Shown: positions 61,004 to 64,000 of the stretch, piece by piece
How the letters are laid out: each line of letters starts with the position of its first letter
Position numbering within the stretch: position 1 is the stretch's first letter
From: a bacterium
Lineage (GTDB): Bacteria; RBG-13-61-14; DATKZS01
Assembly (NCBI GenBank): GCA_963674965.2
Contig: CAXXFL010000002.1
Coordinates: forward strand, 480,001 to 544,000
Length of the DNA: 64,000 nt
Reading direction: 5' to 3'
Notes under the pieces: generated by a model
Told to the model about the DNA's origin: nothing
What the model saw: the letters and a program-made list of their open reading frames with translations, nothing else
Database searches by the model: none
Translations under genes and position numbers: made by a program

Positions 61004-61524
61004 TCCCTCATGCGGCACAGGTCGTTAAGCCTCGATCTCATGACGGATGGGCCGACGCCGAAGACCTCCGCCATCCTCGCCGTTCTGGCGCGGAACTCGC
61101 TTTGGTCCATGCCCTCGATATCGGGAGCGAGACGGTTAACGACGGGGAGGGGCGTCAGCAACTCGGAGGAAAAAAAATCCGCCTCCCACTCCCTGGGGTT
61201 TTTGGCGGGGGGGCAGAATATACTGAAGGACTGGCTGGCCAGGCATTGAAACTCCTCGTCCTCGTGGAGAAAGGCGTGGCCGATCTCGTGTCCGATGACG
61301 AAGCGGTTAACGCTCGCGGGGGACCCGGTCCTGTACCTGATAAGGTTCTGGTTTCCCTTTTTAAGGAGTTCGCCGTTGAACCCCCTGGGAAGGTCTCCGG
61401 GCATAAGCTCGAATTGAGGGAACCTTTCCAGGAAGTCCATCAATGAAAACGGCGGATCTCGAAAGCCGGTCCGTTTATGGATGAAGGTCACGATCGAGAT
61501 AATCTCATTTTCTCGGTCGGGCAT
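60982..61524 (-). CDS. ImmA/IrrE family zinc metallopeptidase
   Basis: RFVIGHEIGHAFLH, EWEADFFSSELLTP, AEVFGV...RL. Confidence 0.9.
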   Translation of the reverse strand: MPDRENEIISIVTFIHKRTGFRDPPFSLMDFLERFPQFELMPGDLPRGFNGELLKKGNQNLIRYRTGSPASVNRFVIGHEIGHAFLHEDEEFQCLASQSFSIFCPPAKNPREWEADFFSSELLTPLPVVNRLAPDIEGMDQSEFRARTARMAEVFGVGPSVMRSRLNDLCRMREWECEYL

Positions 61525-61954
61525 TCTCCTCGAACCTCAGGTAGCGGTAATAGTCGAGAATTTTTCTCATCCGCTTTTTATCCGCGTAGCAGTCCTTCAT
61601 CATGATGATGAAATCGTCCCCGTCGGGCGCCTTGGCGTCCCTGAGGTATCCGCCCGCCACGTCTACCAGTTCATCCTTGCTCATGCCCTTGGTGGTCTTG
61701 GCCGCCACCCTCTTGACCTGGCCCGGCTGGGGAGGCGTAAGGGTGTCGGCGCCGGTCAGAAGCCACTCTATGCTTCTGCCGGAAAACTGCCCGATCCGGA
61801 GCAGGATGCGGGGGGAGGGCGTCTCCTTGTCAGCCTCGTAACGGCTGATCATCGCCTGCTTGATGCGAAGGATGTCCGCGAATTCCGATTGGGTCAGGTC
61901 TCCCCTGAGCTGCCTGATCCTGCCGCCTAAACTTTTCGGTTCCTTTTTTTTCAT
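61505..61954 (-). CDS. XRE/Cro-C1 helix-turn-helix regulator
   Basis: LGGRIRQLR.DLTQSEFADIL.IKQAMISRYE..KETP...SIEWLLTG. Confidence 0.92.
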   Translation of the reverse strand: MKKKEPKSLGGRIRQLRGDLTQSEFADILRIKQAMISRYEADKETPSPRILLRIGQFSGRSIEWLLTGADTLTPPQPGQVKRVAAKTTKGMSKDELVDVAGGYLRDAKAPDGDDFIIMMKDCYADKKRMRKILDYYRYLRFEENARPRK

Positions 61955-62100
61955 GGCCTTTCCTCACGTAAAATTTTTTTGCCGCTTCAAATACCGGCCC
62001 GATTGAGCGGAAACGCCTTGTAACCTCGCCGGGTTTTAACTTGCTCTTTTTCGCCGCGGTGGCTTGGATACTATTTAAGTAAATTCAACTCACCCTTCCA

Positions 62101-62129
62101 AGTATAACAGTATTCGTCTTATCTTGCAA
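62101..62129 (-). promoter_or_regulatory. Sigma70 promoter for the XRE-immA-epmA-lpdA operon
   Basis: Minus strand TTGCAA, 17 bp, TATACT with an extended TGn. Confidence 0.6.
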
Positions 62130-62646
62130 GGACCGCTATATATATTCTTTGCACATGAAGCATAAAATTGCAAGTCAAAATTCAAAAAAAGATAAATTCA
62201 TTTTCCGGACATTTTGGCGCTAAAGGATAATTGCTCAAAACAAGGGCGGTCTCAGGGGGAAAAAGCATAACGTTTCGACCCGGAAAGAATATGGAAAGCG
62301 CTATTTTTATGAATGGTTATAAAGCAAGGGAAAATTTATTTCATCGGCAGCCAATCGGTGGACCAGATCAAACGTCGGCCTATAATACCGTCGGCCGGCT
62401 TATGACAACGAAAAATTATATCCCATAGCGCGATTGGAAATATTCATTTTTAAAATGATTGGGGATGGGGCCATCTTGAGTGACGCCCTCTTTTTTTTTA
62501 CGGACAGTAAATAACGGCAAGTCGAAAGATTACAATATTAGGCAATGTCTGACGGTATTACCGCGCGGTATGTACCAAAAATGAGAAAGCATCGCCCGCC
62601 GGACGAAACTGGAAGTATAAGAACAAGCGAAGCGTGGCAGGAGGCT

Positions 62647-62676
62647 TTGCAACCGATTTGATTTAAAAGCTAAAAT
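62647..62676 (+). promoter_or_regulatory. Possible promoter of the DUF4190-pilin gene
   Basis: TTGCAA, 18 bp, TAAAAT. Confidence 0.4.
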
Positions 62677-62715
62677 GAAATATTACTTTGGTATGCGATT
62701 TCAAGGAGCAAACCA

Positions 62716-63564
62716 ATGAATTGGTGTCCCTTTTGCGGCAGGAACGTCAACCAGGGGGCGAGGGTATGCCCTCATTGCAAAAGAGACCTGGGCTCCATTT
62801 TCAATCCGGGAGGCGGGACCTCCGGGGCGGACGCCCCTTTCGCGCCACCGGACTCAAGGGAGACGCCTCAAGTGCGGACCGATCCCGCCGCTCCCTTTCC
62901 ACCTCCGCCGCCTCCCCCGAGGCCGCAGACGCTTAACTCCGCTTTTCCCGCCGGCTTCGCGCAAAATCATTTGGCCCCTCCCCCGGCCAAGAACGAGACC
63001 CTGGCCATGGTCTCGCTTATCCTGGGGATTCTGGGGTTCTGCACTTACGTCACTGGAGCCATAGCCATCATTACCGGCCTTATGGCCCTTTCCAGGATTA
63101 AAAACTCGGATGGGCGCCTTTTGGGCCGCGGTTTCGCCATAGCCGGCGTCTCCTGCGGGTCCATTTCGTTCCTTCTTTATACCGCTGGAGTGATCGCAAG
63201 TCTCGCCGTTCCCCAATACCTTCATCATAAGTTCAACGCCGCCGAGCGGGAGGCGGCGGGCAATCTCCAGGAGATATACGAGGAGCAGGCGCACTTCGAG
63301 GTCATGAACGGAAGGTACGCCAATTCCTTTACCGAGTTGGACTGGTACCCGGAAGGGTCCACCAGGTACGCCTATTTCCTGGTTACCGAACAGTTCCAGC
63401 CCGACTCGGGGGGACCCTACGAGCTTCCCTGGGACGTGGACACCTACGCCCGTGACAAGGCCTTCAGGGCGGTGGCGGTGGCCAATCTGGACGACGACCC
63501 CGACTTGGACGTTTGGATCGTGGACGAGGAGGGGGTCCCCAAGCACATCGACGTCGACCAGTAG
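62716..63564 (+). CDS. Zinc-ribbon / Pro-rich / DUF4190 / type IV pilin-like fusion protein
   Basis: CPFC..CPHC; LAMVSLILGILG..GRGFAIAG; LAVPQY..EREAAGNLQEIY..RYANSFTELDWYPEGSTRYAY; FRAVAVANLDDDPDLDVW. Confidence 0.8.
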   Translation: MNWCPFCGRNVNQGARVCPHCKRDLGSIFNPGGGTSGADAPFAPPDSRETPQVRTDPAAPFPPPPPPPRPQTLNSAFPAGFAQNHLAPPPAKNETLAMVSLILGILGFCTYVTGAIAIITGLMALSRIKNSDGRLLGRGFAIAGVSCGSISFLLYTAGVIASLAVPQYLHHKFNAAEREAAGNLQEIYEEQAHFEVMNGRYANSFTELDWYPEGSTRYAYFLVTEQFQPDSGGPYELPWDVDTYARDKAFRAVAVANLDDDPDLDVWIVDEEGVPKHIDVDQ

Positions 63565-63570
63565 GATATC

Positions 63571-64000
63571 ATGTCATATATATCATCAGACGATTGGGAA
63601 AAATGTACCGAGTGCGGAGAATGCCTCGCGCGTTGCCCCGTTCTGAATCTGGACGGGGCGGAGGCCTCCAGACAGATAGGTCTTCTCCGGAAAGGCGAGC
63701 CGGCCCCCCTGGTGTTCGATTCCTGCGCCTTGTGTTTCAACTGCAACGTCTATTGCCCGGAGGGCCTTCATCCACACGAGCTTATCCTCGAGCGTCTCTC
63801 CGAGAGGGATGACCATGGAAAAGACCTGCCCGCCATGGTCCCGTACTTTTTCAACGGCCTGCCGGGCAAAAACCTTTTTCAGGATCTTTACCTGGGTTTA
63901 TCGAAAAAGGAGCGGGCCATCATCGAGCGCTGGTCGGACCCGCCCTCGGCAAAGGACGTCCTTTTCATCGGCTGCGTGGGCAAGCTCTTTTGCGAGGACC
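63571..64000 (+). CDS. (Fe-S)-binding oxidoreductase, HdrC/GlpC-like (runs off the window)
   Basis: Not in the ORF track; translates MSYISSDDWEKCTECGECLARCP..CALCFNCNVYCP..VLFIGC. Confidence 0.85.
   Translation, partial: MSYISSDDWEKCTECGECLARCPVLNLDGAEASRQIGLLRKGEPAPLVFDSCALCFNCNVYCPEGLHPHELILERLSERDDHGKDLPAMVPYFFNGLPGKNLFQDLYLGLSKKERAIIERWSDPPSAKDVLFIGCVGKLFCED

Noticed and set aside
62231-62428. 65-aa ORF as a Cro-like partner of the XRE gene
   Set aside because: TTG start, no HTH pattern and atypical composition.
62510-62580. c-di-GMP-I riboswitch (ggcaa-gtc-gaaa-gat)
   Set aside because: Only a 3-bp GAAA hairpin; the GGCAAAC and GACGCAAA core and second stem are missing.

Overview
High-GC bacterial chromosomal window. 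The gene content (LptD, MshEN, Geobacter/Myxococcus-type pilin domain, CHASE2 cyclase, Crp) suggests a diderm deltaproteobacterium-like organism; this is an inference. Bases 1-6724 are a compositionally mosaic tandem array. A GC-rich secreted-protein leader occurs three times (one copy fused in-frame to a different C-terminus, one cut to the signal peptide), interleaved with an AT-rich Cys-rich secreted protein and three paralogous lipoproteins. It resembles a recombining effector/immunity-type cassette system. Next come a MATE pump, a small accessory pair (excisionase-type HTH with a direct-repeat operator, and a TM-TPR-FHA-TPR-AAA+ protein), Na/Pi symporter plus PhoU, DUF374, a radical SAM/SPASM plus C-YGPP lipoprotein pair, and a DMT gene with a structured 5' leader. 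The middle holds SDR, MshEN protein, ABC-class ATPase, rpiB, oxidoreductases (several apparently degenerate), two GT39-like glycosyltransferases, rpe, a methylmalonyl-CoA mutase/epimerase/sucC operon, an S55 peptidase pair, ggt and DciA. The end holds a five-gene cyclic-nucleotide signalling cluster running into lptD, an XRE/ImmA switch coupled to epmA-lpdA, a DUF4190-pilin fusion and a partial Fe-S protein. No rRNA, tRNA, CRISPR array, integrase or transposase was recognised. All family calls are by motif recognition, not database search.
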